A stretch of 64,000 bases of DNA from a bacterium. GTDB taxonomy: Bacteria > BMS3Abin14. Shown piece by piece: positions 39,916 to 49,456 of this stretch. The notes beneath the pieces were generated by a model. The model made no database searches, had not been told where the DNA came from, and saw only the letters and a list, made by a program, of their open reading frames with translations. The position numbers and the translations under genes are program-made. How positions within the stretch are numbered: the stretch's first letter is position 1; the number at the start of each line of letters is the position of its first letter. The stretch is taken from assembly GCA_029210965.1 (NCBI GenBank), contig JARGFZ010000003.1:55893-119892 (forward strand), written 5' to 3'.

Positions 39916-41336
39916 CAGTCACCTTCCCTTGTCGGAAAAATCAATGAAACCACCGTGCCCTTTCCAGGCTCGCTCTCGATCGAAAGCTCACCATTGTGCA
40001 GTTCCATAATAGCGTAACAGATGGAAAGTCCGAGCCCAGTACCCTGACCGACCTCTTTTGTTGTAAAGAACGGTTCCACAATATGCGGCAGGTCTTTTTG
40101 GGTGATGCCGATGCCCGTATCAGCGATCTCGATAAGGACCGAATTCTTTTCCCTTCTGCCCGTGACCGAGATCCTGCCCCCCGGATCGGTGGCATCCATG
40201 GCGTTAATGAGGATGTTGAGCAGGGCCTCCTCCACCTTCCAGAGCATGGTAGATATTGTCCCGACACCATCGATATCAACAAAGAAGTTGTAATCTTTCT
40301 TTCTGGGCCCCAGGAGGTTCAAGGCTCCCTCAACCACTTCCTGCACCCTTGTCTCTACGAATTCCGAGTCCCGCGCACTGGACACCTGAAGGAGCTCCCG
40401 TGCGATCCTCGACGCCCTTTCAAGGTCCCTTTCCATCGTTCCTATCCTGTTAATATGAAGTTGGCTTGATCCCTCTTCACTGATCTCTTTTTTCAATATC
40501 TCCAGGTTGAGGGACAGGTTGGCAAGGGGGTTGTTGATCTCGTGTGCAACACCTGCGGCCAACCTTCCGAGGGCGCTAAGCTTTTCTGATTGTACAAACC
40601 TGTCCAGGCGCTCCTCGATGACAGCCTTTCGTTCTCCATCGAAAGTGTGCAGTGCGTGCATCATGAAGTGGAGGATAATTAGGGCGGAGATTCCCCTGAA
40701 AAGCTCTACAGGAAGATGGAACCCGGAAATGAGAGTTCCTGAGGGGATCAACCCCGTGAAGATCCCGTAAATGATGACTGAAAGACCCGCCCCGGTGAAA
40801 TTAAGAGCTCCCTTCTTGCTGACACCCCGTACTGTAACGGAATAGAGGATCAGACCGGCCCCGGAAAGCAATGCACCGGGCAGCGCAATGAGATTCCTGA
40901 TGCGGAATTGGGCCCACGCGAAGTAGTCCGCTGAACTTCCCTGGAAAGGGAGCAGGATCGATATCAGACCCGCCCCCACCAGAGCCGTGAACAGGACGCC
41001 AAGCCAGGCACTATAGCCGGGTTTTGTGATCCCCAGAACGCAGACTCCGAACAGGAGAAGGAAAAGGAAAGATACCAGTACTAGCCCTAGCTTGATGATG
41101 TTGGTCGTTACAGAGGGCTCTGGAACTGCATAAAGAGTATTGATCTTGAGGAACATCTCGTACCACTCATGGGATCCGTGAATGTAGGCGAACAGGGCAA
41201 AGATCCAGAGGAAGCGGGCTATCTTCAGATTGCTCAGGCTGGTGTCTCTCGAGGTTATGGATACACCGATGGCAAAAAAAGCACCCCCATAAAAAAGGTA
41301 AACAAGCAGGTTAAAGAGGTTTTTCTCCATGCTCAA
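39915..41336 (-). CDS. membrane sensor histidine kinase (multi-TM N-terminus, HisKA + HATPase_c)
   Basis: ~6 TM helices, H-box AHEINNPL, N/G-boxes (NILINAMDAT...DTGIGI...GTGLGL). Confidence 0.85.
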   Translation of the reverse strand: MSMEKNLFNLLVYLFYGGAFFAIGVSITSRDTSLSNLKIARFLWIFALFAYIHGSHEWYEMFLKINTLYAVPEPSVTTNIIKLGLVLVSFLFLLLFGVCVLGITKPGYSAWLGVLFTALVGAGLISILLPFQGSSADYFAWAQFRIRNLIALPGALLSGAGLILYSVTVRGVSKKGALNFTGAGLSVIIYGIFTGLIPSGTLISGFHLPVELFRGISALIILHFMMHALHTFDGERKAVIEERLDRFVQSEKLSALGRLAAGVAHEINNPLANLSLNLEILKKEISEEGSSQLHINRIGTMERDLERASRIARELLQVSSARDSEFVETRVQEVVEGALNLLGPRKKDYNFFVDIDGVGTISTMLWKVEEALLNILINAMDATDPGGRISVTGRREKNSVLIEIADTGIGITQKDLPHIVEPFFTTKEVGQGTGLGLSICYAIMELHNGELSIESEPGKGTVVSLIFPTREGD

Positions 41337-41445
41337 TCTTAACTCAGCAGATCAGAGTGTAAAGGGAAGATATTAATTACGAACTGAGGATTGAGAATTG
41401 AGGATTATTGCACCGTATTTAATCCTTGGGGACAGTCCCCAAGGA

Positions 41446-41772
41446 TTAAATACCATGTCTATCATTTTCCCCTGTTACAGTTTCAGCCGACTCTATAATC
41501 AACGCTTTGCCGCCGGCGATAGCCGAAGTGACCTTGAGCCTGCCGCTGGTGACCAGGCGCTGCACCGTGCCCCGGGAAACTCCCATCATTTTCCCTGCTT
41601 CTTCCTGGGTAAGGCCTTCCATGTCACAAAGGAGTACCGCTTCAACTTCGTCGTGGCGTAGTGTGATCTTTTCAAGTTCCACCATGGGTATCCCGGCTGG
41701 CTTGAAAACGGTTTCTTCTCCACTTCTGAACGGGCAAGAACAGTGCCTGTGTTTTCTTGGGCGAGGCGACAT
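41446..41772 (-). CDS. DUF134 (UPF0251) predicted DNA-binding protein
   Basis: sigma-70 region-4-like HTH LTQEEAGKMMGVSRGTVQRL; 1-nt overlap with the upstream NifX-like gene. Confidence 0.65.
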   Translation of the reverse strand: MSPRPRKHRHCSCPFRSGEETVFKPAGIPMVELEKITLRHDEVEAVLLCDMEGLTQEEAGKMMGVSRGTVQRLVTSGRLKVTSAIAGGKALIIESAETVTGENDRHGI

Positions 41773-42164
41773 CAGTGGCTATGCCCGTGCTCGCATCCAT
41801 AGCCATGACCGTGCCCGCCGCAGACCTTGTCGGCAGTGATCTCATTCAGGATTCCCTCCTTGAAGCTCTCGATGTTCTCTGCTACCGTCTGGCCGCCTGC
41901 CTGGTACACCTTCAACCCCGCACGGGTTAAGCCAGTGAGAGCTCCTGACCCGATCCTCCCCACAACCACGGCATCCACCTCTCTCCCTCCCAAAGCACTG
42001 AACGGCTGGCAGGCGCCGTGAAGGTGCTGACGATCAGGGTTGTGATGCTCCTCAAAGGCGTTTGCCTCAGGGTCAAAGATCAGGAACCCTTTTGCCGAAC
42101 CGAAATGTCCGTGGACCTGACTGTTTAGCCCTTCGTTCACATTAACTGGAAAACAGATCTTCAT
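41772..42164 (-). CDS. NifX/NafY-like dinitrogenase FeMo-cofactor-binding-domain protein with C-terminal His-rich tail
   Basis: Nitro_FeMo-Co-like core (ICFPVNVNEGL...HFG.A..F.I.D); C-terminal GHGHGYGCEHGHSH. Confidence 0.65.
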   Translation of the reverse strand: MKICFPVNVNEGLNSQVHGHFGSAKGFLIFDPEANAFEEHHNPDRQHLHGACQPFSALGGREVDAVVVGRIGSGALTGLTRAGLKVYQAGGQTVAENIESFKEGILNEITADKVCGGHGHGYGCEHGHSH

Positions 42165-42178
42165 AGCTTACCTCCATT

Positions 42179-42200
42179 GGCTATTATGTGTATAATAGCC
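42179..42200. promoter_or_regulatory. perfect 9-bp inverted repeat GGCTATTAT-gtgt-ATAATAGCC in the divergent NifX/DUF134 - rhodanese intergenic region
   Basis: seen directly; contains a TATAAT -10-like hexamer; lies between divergently transcribed genes. Confidence 0.45.
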
Positions 42201-42840
42201 AAATTTCCTCCATGTCAACCTGCACCCCCCGTCTAATTCAGGATCAGTCGATCAAAATACTGACAGGTGCACAAGGTGCACTTGCTTTACAGGAGTTCGA
42301 ACCAGGCATCACCCTGTTGGACACCGATGAATTAAAAAAGATGATCGAAACGGATGCTGACATGCTGGTTGTCAACACCCTGGCACCGATCCTCTTTCGT
42401 GACCAGGCCATTTCCGGTTCGGTCAACATACCCTACGAAAACCTGAAAAGGGGCAGGATCAGTTTCCCTGATGACAAAAACAAACAGATGGTCTTCTACT
42501 GCCTCGGCTTTCAGTGAACCATGGCTCCAGAGACTGCCAGGCTGGCGGTCGCACAGGGTTATACCAGCGTTTACCTATATGCGCAGGGCCTGAAGGGTTG
42601 GACCGAGAAGGGGCTCCCGGTAGAGTCGGCTAAAAAGATCCCCGCCATCTCCGTTGACAGAATACCTCCCGCCAGGGTGAAGGCCATGATGAATGAGGAC
42701 GATTCTATCCTTCCCCTGGACATCAGGGAAAACCTGGCACCAGGATCGCGCCATTTTTCAAAAACAAGGGCTACGATGTTGTCGGGGTCATGGAGGGGGG
42801 CATCACCGCCTGGAAGGATGTGGGTCTTCCCGTCAAGTAG
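42188..42840 (+). CDS. rhodanese-domain sulfurtransferase with in-frame TGA at 42515-42517 (candidate selenoprotein or pseudogene); second, partial rhodanese domain with frameshift
   Basis: ORFs 42188..42517 and 42521..42880 are in the same frame across one TGA (…KNKQMVFYCLGFQ-TGA-TMAPETARLAVAQGY…GLKGWTEKGLPVES); 7-bp GC hairpin gacugcc-AGGCU-ggcgguc 15-33 nt after the TGA; 3' part shifts frame near 42750. Confidence 0.45.
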
Positions 42841-43072
42841 CACATTGGAAGGACTGAAACCAGGGCATTTAATAACCTGACGCATAGATACAGCGATGGG
42901 GTGGCATGGCGGAAAACCTGTCACCCCATCTTCACGCCTGCCCACTACCCTGACACTCTGGCAGCTTGTCGGCAACTTTCCTCTTTACAATCTTTTTACC
43001 TATGTGACCTCGCTTGTTTATAACCACCCCTTACCATAGTGCGATGAAGATCCGGTCCGGCCTGTTGTATCA

Positions 43073-43657
43073 TTGTGTGATAAGCGCGCACGACCAGAAA
43101 AAGAAAGGCACTTGAACAAAAGGCTCCTCGTCATTGAGGATGACCTGGACATGGCCGGTATTATCGAGGACCAGCTGAAGGATGCCGGCTATACCGTCAC
43201 CGTCACCCACAACGGTGCCTCAGGGCTTGAACTGGCCGCGAAGCAGGACCACGACTTCATTGTGCTGGACATCATGCTGCCGGAGACAGACGGGCTGGAG
43301 ATATGCCGCCAGGTCCGCTCCATGCCAGGCTATACCCACATCCTCATGCTCACCGCCCTCTCCTCGGAGATCGACAAAGTTGTTGGCCTGGAGATGGGGG
43401 CCGACGACTACATGACCAAGCCTTTCAGCCTCCGGGAGTTGATGGCCAGGATCAAAACGATCCTGCGCCGGGACGCTACTCTCAGAGCAAAGAGAACCGA
43501 AGAGCAGCAGGAGACGATCCGGATAGATGCTCTGGTTATTGATGTTGGCAAACGGCGCGTTACCCGCTCGGACACCCCCATTGAACTGACGGGAAAGGAG
43601 TTTGACCTGCTGCTTCACTTTGCCCGGAAACCAGGCAGGGTCTACTCCAGCTTTTGA
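43073..43657 (+). pseudogene. OmpR-family response regulator lacking most of the winged-helix DNA-binding domain
   Basis: intact receiver domain and start of wHTH (…LTGKEFDLLLHFARKPGRVYS) then stop; no frame continues the expected ~50 C-terminal residues. Confidence 0.6.
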
Positions 43658-44895
43658 CCCTTTTCCCGGCCGCTGCAGGGTTCAACATAGTGTGGACACT
43701 CTACACGGTCAGATATCAACTCCTTAGTGCTGATCAGAGACTCAACAGCGGACTGGCTGACTATCTCGTTAAACACGAATTTGACGAAGGAGAACTGGCG
43801 AACGCAGGAGCAAAACTCGAACACAGCTTCGAGATGCTCATGGACATCAATCCTAACATCGAACTCTACCTTCTCGACCCTGAGGGGACGATCCTGGCTT
43901 ATTCGGCCCCCAAAGGCCATGTCGTGAGAGAACAGGTATCGGTCAACCCTATCGTGGAGTACCTGTCTCCGGCACCAAGCCTACCCATTCTCGGTGACGA
44001 CCCTCGCCACATGTGGCGCCAGAAACCTTTTTCCGCTGCCGTCGTCTCAATGGAAGGCCTCAAAAATGGGTACCTTTACATCATTCTTGGTGGTGAGGAA
44101 CACGACTCCCTTTTCGACCTTTTTACCGGCAACTCCATCTTCCGCATCAGCCTCCTGGTTTCCCTTTCAGCCCTCCTGTTTCTCTTTGCCACCGTATTCC
44201 TGCTCTTCAGGATAGCGACCGTTCGTCACAGACGGCTTGTTCTTGCCATGAAAGCGTTTCGCCAAAGTGACTTTTCCGTACCCGTCCAGGTGGTCCCCGG
44301 AACCCGGAAAATGGGGGGGGGACGAGATCGATCTGCTGGAAACGGTGTTTACCGAAATGTCCGAAAGGATCGGGGAGCAGATAGGGGAACTCAAGAACAA
44401 GGACAATCTGCGGCGTGAACTGGTCAGTAATATTTTCCACGACCTGAGGACGCCTATCGCTTCCCTCTCATGGACTTCCAGGAACCGGCCCGGCTCAAAC
44501 ATATTCAGCTATCGGCCAACATCGATGAAAACACGAACCTCGTCAACGATGACATCCGCCTGTTGGAGCGGGCCATCCAGAACATCATCGACAACGCCCT
44601 GAAGTTCACTCCCGAAAACGAACAAGTCACCGTGAGCCTCGCAAGTTTCGGGGACAAGATCAGGTTGTCCATCAGAAATACGGGACCGGGTGTCAGCCCC
44701 ATTGATGTGCCTCATATCTTCGAACGTTTCTATAGAGCACGATCTTCCAGCAGTGAAACCGGAGTGGAACTCGGCCTGGCCATTTCCCAGCGTATCGCCG
44801 AACTGCACAGTACTTCCGTAGGCCTTGAGAACCATCCTGAGGTGGGCAGCGTTTTCACCCTGGACCTGGAAGCGTGGTCCCAGCCGGAGTTTTAA
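43654..44895 (+). pseudogene. sensor histidine kinase with two frameshifts and an internal deletion between H-box and N-box
   Basis: three overlapping ORFs (43654..44418, 44267..44602, 44470..44895) tile one HK; first shift at a G9 homopolymer (44313-44321); H-box FHDLRTPIASL lies only ~55 aa from the N-box DNALKF (normally ~100). Confidence 0.65.
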
Positions 44896-45313
44896 TATTT
44901 TCGGCTCTTCCGGGAAATAAGTACCTGCAAATAAGCCCTGCTTTTACCAAAGGGGTAACTGTCAAACTCTAAAAGCTTAATTAACCACAATTCTTTTTCA
45001 CCACCCGTTCGTCGCTCGCTTCAACAATATGACTCACTAGAGGACGCTGAAGACACCCTTCGGCAGGCTCAGGGCAGACTGAGGAATCAAAAGCACTGAG
45101 ACTATCCCCTTCACCGAAGCTGATTGAGTCATCCAGGCCTGGATGAAAGTGAACTTTAATCTTGGTCTGCAGGACTCAATCAGTTGATTTCCAGGAAATC
45201 CTTCTCCCGTGGTGAAATGGGTACTGTAAGCATCTATTCCGCAAAAACGGGAGTATATACAGACCTTTCATACAGACCTTTCCTACGTGGAAAAGAGTGC
45301 GCAAGCGTGGAAA

Positions 45314-45703
45314 ATGGCACTCACGGCCGAACAGTTCCCTATCCTCAGGGAAGAAGGTACGGGACGCCCCTTCACAGGGGCACTTTGGGACAACCATCGG
45401 AAGGGCATTTACCGCTGCGCTGGATGCGGTATTGACCTGTTCTCTTCCGCTACCAAATACGATTCCAGAACAGGTTGGCCCAGTTTCTGGCAACCCATCG
45501 CAGCCGGCAAGGTTCGAGAGGTGGAGGACAACAGTTTTTTCACGCGCAGGACAGAGGTAAAGTGCGCCAGGTGCGGCGGCCACCTTGGACATATGTTCAA
45601 CGACGGTCCGAAACCCACAGGGCTGAGGTACTGCATCAACTCGGCGAGCCTCACCTTCGTAGATGTACCGGTAGAAGGGGCCATGATTAATGAGGAGGGC
45701 TAG
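45314..45703 (+). CDS. msrB: peptide-methionine (R)-S-oxide reductase
   Basis: CAGCG...GWPSF...[35 protein letters not shown] is the SelR/MsrB signature with both zinc-binding CxxC pairs and catalytic RYC; start at ATG 45314 (an upstream GTG at 45287 is possible). Confidence 0.9.
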   Translation: MALTAEQFPILREEGTGRPFTGALWDNHRKGIYRCAGCGIDLFSSATKYDSRTGWPSFWQPIAAGKVREVEDNSFFTRRTEVKCARCGGHLGHMFNDGPKPTGLRYCINSASLTFVDVPVEGAMINEEG

Positions 45704-45998
45704 GGTTAAATTATTGTTATGGCTGGCTCTTCCCGGAGCCCTGATCCTGACGGCCATGGGACCGACAGTCCTGACCCATGGCGCTGACCTTCAGACCGCC
45801 ACCTTTTACGTAGCCTGATATGACCTGGGCAAAGCCGCCCTGGCAGGGCGGCCGGGAGTCGTGAAAGTGTCAAGCGGATGGCGCGGTTTCAGGGTGATCA
45901 ACACTGTTTTGTACGACCCGGAGCTCATAACCGTGGAAGAGATGGTTGGGATCCTCAAAAAAAGCGGGATCTATCGCGGCACAGCTGATTTTCAGTGA
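45690..45998 (+). CDS. secreted HMA/MerP-like ferredoxin-fold protein with in-frame TGA (candidate selenocysteine) in the metal-binding loop
   Basis: ATG 45690 with gaagggg RBS, signal peptide [31 protein letters not shown]; mature TATFYVA-[TGA 45816-18][54 protein letters not shown] matches the beta-alpha-beta-beta-alpha-beta layout of MerP/CopZ with TGA where GMTCxxC normally sits; hairpin gccgccc-UGGCA-gggcggc 16-34 nt downstream; packed between msrB and msrA. Confidence 0.5.
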
Positions 45999-46025
45999 TT
46001 ATAATAAGGAAAGGAGGTTCAGACC

Positions 46026-46661
46026 ATGAAAAGAATGCTCGTAATGATAATTGCGATGTTCTCCCTGGCGGCGGTTGTTACCGTTCCAGGCTCAGTAAAT
46101 GCCGAGGAGATAACAATGGATCAGAAAAACAAGGGTTATGAAACAGCCACCTTTGCAGGAGGCTGTTTCTGGTGCATGGAACCACCCTTCGACAAGCTGG
46201 ATGGAGTTATCTCAACCACATCGGGCTACACCGGAGGGCAGGAGAAGAACCCGACTTACCAGGAAGTGTCCGCGGGCAAGACAGGCCACGCGGAGGCGGT
46301 TCAGATCGTCTTCGATCCCGGGAAGGTTTCCTACAAAAAACTGCTGGAGGTTTTCTGGATGCAGATCAACCCAACGACCCCTGACCGACAGTTCGTGGAT
46401 GTGGGCTCCCAATACCGCTCGGGTATTTTCTACCTCGATGACAAGCAGCGCCGCCTGGCAGAGGAATCGAAAATAGAAATAGCTGAATCCGGACGCTTTG
46501 ATGGGCCCATCGTCACCGAGATAACCAGGGCAGGTGATTTCTGGCCGGCCGAGGATTACCACCAGGATTACTACATGAAGAGTCCGCAGCGGTACAAATT
46601 CTACCGCTTCGGATCGGGCCGGGACCGGTACCTGAATAAGGTGTGGGGGGGGAAACCGTGA
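46026..46661 (+). CDS. msrA: peptide-methionine (S)-S-oxide reductase, periplasmic (signal peptide)
   Basis: ATFAGGCFWCMEP active-site motif; N-terminal signal peptide; strong RBS aaggaaaggagg. Confidence 0.9.
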   Translation: MKRMLVMIIAMFSLAAVVTVPGSVNAEEITMDQKNKGYETATFAGGCFWCMEPPFDKLDGVISTTSGYTGGQEKNPTYQEVSAGKTGHAEAVQIVFDPGKVSYKKLLEVFWMQINPTTPDRQFVDVGSQYRSGIFYLDDKQRRLAEESKIEIAESGRFDGPIVTEITRAGDFWPAEDYHQDYYMKSPQRYKFYRFGSGRDRYLNKVWGGKP

Positions 46662-46710
46662 TTCGTGATTAGTGCTTGGTGATTCGGAAAAAAATTATAG
46701 TCCAACAAAG

Positions 46711-46763
46711 AAAAGGGCCACATGCAGCCATTTAAGCTGGCTGGGCGCGGCCCTTTTCATTTG
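46711..46763 (+). terminator. rho-independent terminator after msrA
   Basis: aagggcc...(nested hairpin cagcc/ggctg)...ggccctt followed by ttcattt. Confidence 0.6.
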
Positions 46764-46886
46764 TGATCATCTGTCCCGTTAGTGACCGGGGTCTTTGGTT
46801 TGTTCGAGTTACGAGTCACTAATCACGAGTCACGGTTCTTCCCGAATCACGAATCACGGTTCTTATTCCGAGTTCCGAGTCTCAAA

Positions 46887-47654
46887 TTACGAGTCACGGC
46901 CCTTTTCTCTGCTATCCATGAGCTCATTCCACCAGGATCTGTTAAGAAAAGCATCCTCAGGAAAATCCACCATCCTTTCGAACCGCTCGGGCGACACTGT
47001 CAGCGAGATGATCTCCGGGGGCAGGTACCTGCGCATGGCGAGATCGGTCGCCCCGATGACTGCCCGGTCCTTCCCGAAGTTGTTAAACACCTCCCACATG
47101 AGACCGCACCCGGACGAAAAGGGCGCGGCGACCTCATCGGGATCAGATCTCCAAAAGGTGGCAAGAGTCATAAGTCCGGCCAGTCGGTCCGGGTCCGCGA
47201 AGAAGGTAACGGACTTGACCTGGTCCCAGTGATCCAGTTTGAGAGGGCCCATCAGGACATGATCACCGACAGGTTCGGGAAATACTATCTGGTCCAGGAA
47301 TTCCTGAGCGAGGGCAGGAGTAGCCTTTAACCCCTCACCCATGGGGGCCCCGTTTTTTCCATCGGTGAGGAAGTTGGCCATCCAGGGGGCGAATTTTTTG
47401 TCAAAACCGAAATGCTTCTGCAGCCCGGGGCAGCCGTGTGTCGGGTTCATGAAATCATCGCCCTCGGCCCGTTTGACTACAAGAGTTTCCCCCTTGAGCC
47501 AACGGGGGTAGTAAGCAAAGCAACAGGCACGGCCCTTGGCCTGGACAGATGGTTCGAAATCGGGTGAAGGATCGGTATCGTACAGCCCAATGATAGGGGT
47601 ATCCAACCTGAGAGCTTTCGTGAGCCTTTCGATCCCTGCCGACGTCGGTGCCAT
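46887..47654 (-). CDS. DUF169 (COG2043) family protein
   Basis: 255 aa with the family's conserved Cys/Gly-rich blocks (ACCFAYYP...HGCPG...SGCG). Confidence 0.65.
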   Translation of the reverse strand: MAPTSAGIERLTKALRLDTPIIGLYDTDPSPDFEPSVQAKGRACCFAYYPRWLKGETLVVKRAEGDDFMNPTHGCPGLQKHFGFDKKFAPWMANFLTDGKNGAPMGEGLKATPALAQEFLDQIVFPEPVGDHVLMGPLKLDHWDQVKSVTFFADPDRLAGLMTLATFWRSDPDEVAAPFSSGCGLMWEVFNNFGKDRAVIGATDLAMRRYLPPEIISLTVSPERFERMVDFPEDAFLNRSWWNELMDSREKGRDS

Positions 47655-47810
47655 ATTTCCTTCCTTCGGGTAATTATATCAGGTCAACTTCTATTCAAAG
47701 ATATCCCTGCAATTTAAGATCGGGGTTCTCTTCTATAAACTCCCAAAGAACGGTGCCAGCTTGCTTTCAAGATCCGGATCGTTCTCAATTATCTCAAGAC
47801 CTATGCGGTT

Positions 47811-48107
47811 TTAAACAACCTCGCCGTATTGCGACTGGGAAACAAAACGCTGATCCGATACCTTTCGGCATCTTAAAGCATCCACAAAGAAACCCTCATC
47901 AAAGCAGTGGAGACCAATTATTGTTTCTTCCGGCACAGACTCATCTCCGTAATCAAAGATAGACAAACCTCCAAGGCTGATATCCATCATCCGATAGGAC
48001 CTGCCATCGAGCAAAACCATGGCTCCCTTGGTGGGAGGGTGCCGCACCCACTTTCTTCTTTCCGTAACAGTGTCTTTCCACTCCAGTGATGGGTCCCTGC
48101 GTTTCAT
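47811..48107 (-). CDS. PilZ domain protein
   Basis: RRKWVRH...G...DISLGGLSI matches the PilZ RxxxR / D-x-S-x-G-G motifs; ATG 48107 with aaaggtgg RBS. Confidence 0.65.
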   Translation of the reverse strand: MKRRDPSLEWKDTVTERRKWVRHPPTKGAMVLLDGRSYRMMDISLGGLSIFDYGDESVPEETIIGLHCFDEGFFVDALRCRKVSDQRFVSQSQYGEVV

Positions 48108-48261
48108 ATCCTTTACCACCTTTGTTTGATATTGCCTGGATCAAGTAACCATGTTTCTATTATACATTCAATTAACTGATGGGACGGATCGTACACTGCA
48201 GAAAAAATGAAAATACCCGGAGACCCGGTGTGGATCGGGGCAGTAAACGGCCAGGGAGATC

Positions 48262-48561
48262 TCAGTCTCCCCCTTTCATACGCTTAATTACCTCATCCTC
48301 GATCCATTGGTCAGCCTCAAACCGAACCTCCTTGTACAGCTCTGACTTGGCGTAGGAGATGCTCAACTGGGTCTCGGAAGCGATAGTGCCCGTCTCTTTC
48401 ACACCCAGGTGACGCATATGCTCTTCCGATTCCCGCCCCTGTCTTTCCAAGGTCTCTCTGGCGGTCTGGTAACGCCTTGCGGACTCTTCCTTAACCCAGA
48501 CCAGGGCCTCCTCTTCAAGCTGCTCACGGAGTTTTTTTTCCTTATCTGACATGTCTGACAT
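48262..48561 (-). CDS. hypothetical charged helical protein
   Basis: 99-aa ORF with ggaagggag RBS; highly charged, coiled-coil-like. Confidence 0.5.
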   Translation of the reverse strand: MSDMSDKEKKLREQLEEEALVWVKEESARRYQTARETLERQGRESEEHMRHLGVKETGTIASETQLSISYAKSELYKEVRFEADQWIEDEVIKRMKGGD

Positions 48562-48838
48562 GCTTTACTCCCTTCCTCTCCCGATCCAAACGGGTAATGG
48601 TAATTACAACATTCCAGTTCAGGCGCTGCACATTCAAAACAGCACCACACATTACACAGGAAGTTAATAACTAACTAATCACAAATTGTCACGTGGAAGC
48701 AATGCAGATACGGAATTCGCAGTGGAAGGTGGAAAAAGGGAAAAGGGAAAAGGGAAAGATATTCCAAGGATGGCACTTCTCGTAATTATGACTGACCGTT
48801 GATTATTAAAACTTCACCACCAACCTTGCTGCAGCAGT

Positions 48839-49456
48839 TTATGTCAGGGTCATGCGATCGGCACGGATATTGATATCACCATCGATGTAAGCCATATTCA
48901 GCCCAACCTCCTCCGAAACAGGATCGAGAGTGTTGATCTCCAGGGCCATTTTACTTTCCCTGAGGAACCATCCTCGGTTCTTAAACCGGGCAGCAACTTC
49001 AGTCTGCTTGTCGACACGGCAGGCCACGATGAAACTCCACTTGCTCCGTGAATCTCGCCTTTCAATTCGGCTGACATTCACAAACCGGCCTCGACCTTTC
49101 ATCTGACGTGCAAAATCCTTTACTTCGGCAACGATGTCCACACCACCGAAAATTTCCGCCCACACGAAACTCATCATGGACGCCATATCCCCTGGAGCCG
49201 GCTTTCCTGAATACGAAAGGCCACCATGGATCTCGTTAAGGGAGTGCCTGTTCATTTTCCTTTTACCGGCAGCCGCCCCATGATCAAGGCTTTCGACACT
49301 GAAAGTACCCGCGCCAATTTCGAGATGATAAGCATCCCACCTGCCTGTTTCGAGTTCAGGAAGTTCAAGACACGGACCCGGGCCGATGCTCCCCTGGGAA
49401 AGAGCCGGGATCGTCAGGATAAAGATCATGGCTATGGCTGTGAACGTGCTTCTCAT
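48839..49456 (-). CDS. hypothetical secreted protein
   Basis: start set at ATG 49456 (gggagc RBS) giving signal peptide MRSTFTAIAMIFILTIPALSQG. Confidence 0.5.
   Translation of the reverse strand: MRSTFTAIAMIFILTIPALSQGSIGPGPCLELPELETGRWDAYHLEIGAGTFSVESLDHGAAAGKRKMNRHSLNEIHGGLSYSGKPAPGDMASMMSFVWAEIFGGVDIVAEVKDFARQMKGRGRFVNVSRIERRDSRSKWSFIVACRVDKQTEVAARFKNRGWFLRESKMALEINTLDPVSEEVGLNMAYIDGDINIRADRMTLT

Noticed and set aside
44313-44321. Phase-variation switch at the G9 homopolymer in the histidine kinase
   Set aside because: This is possible in principle, but the same gene carries further lesions (internal deletion, second frameshift) and other G-run indels occur in the window. Sequencing error or decay is therefore more parsimonious.
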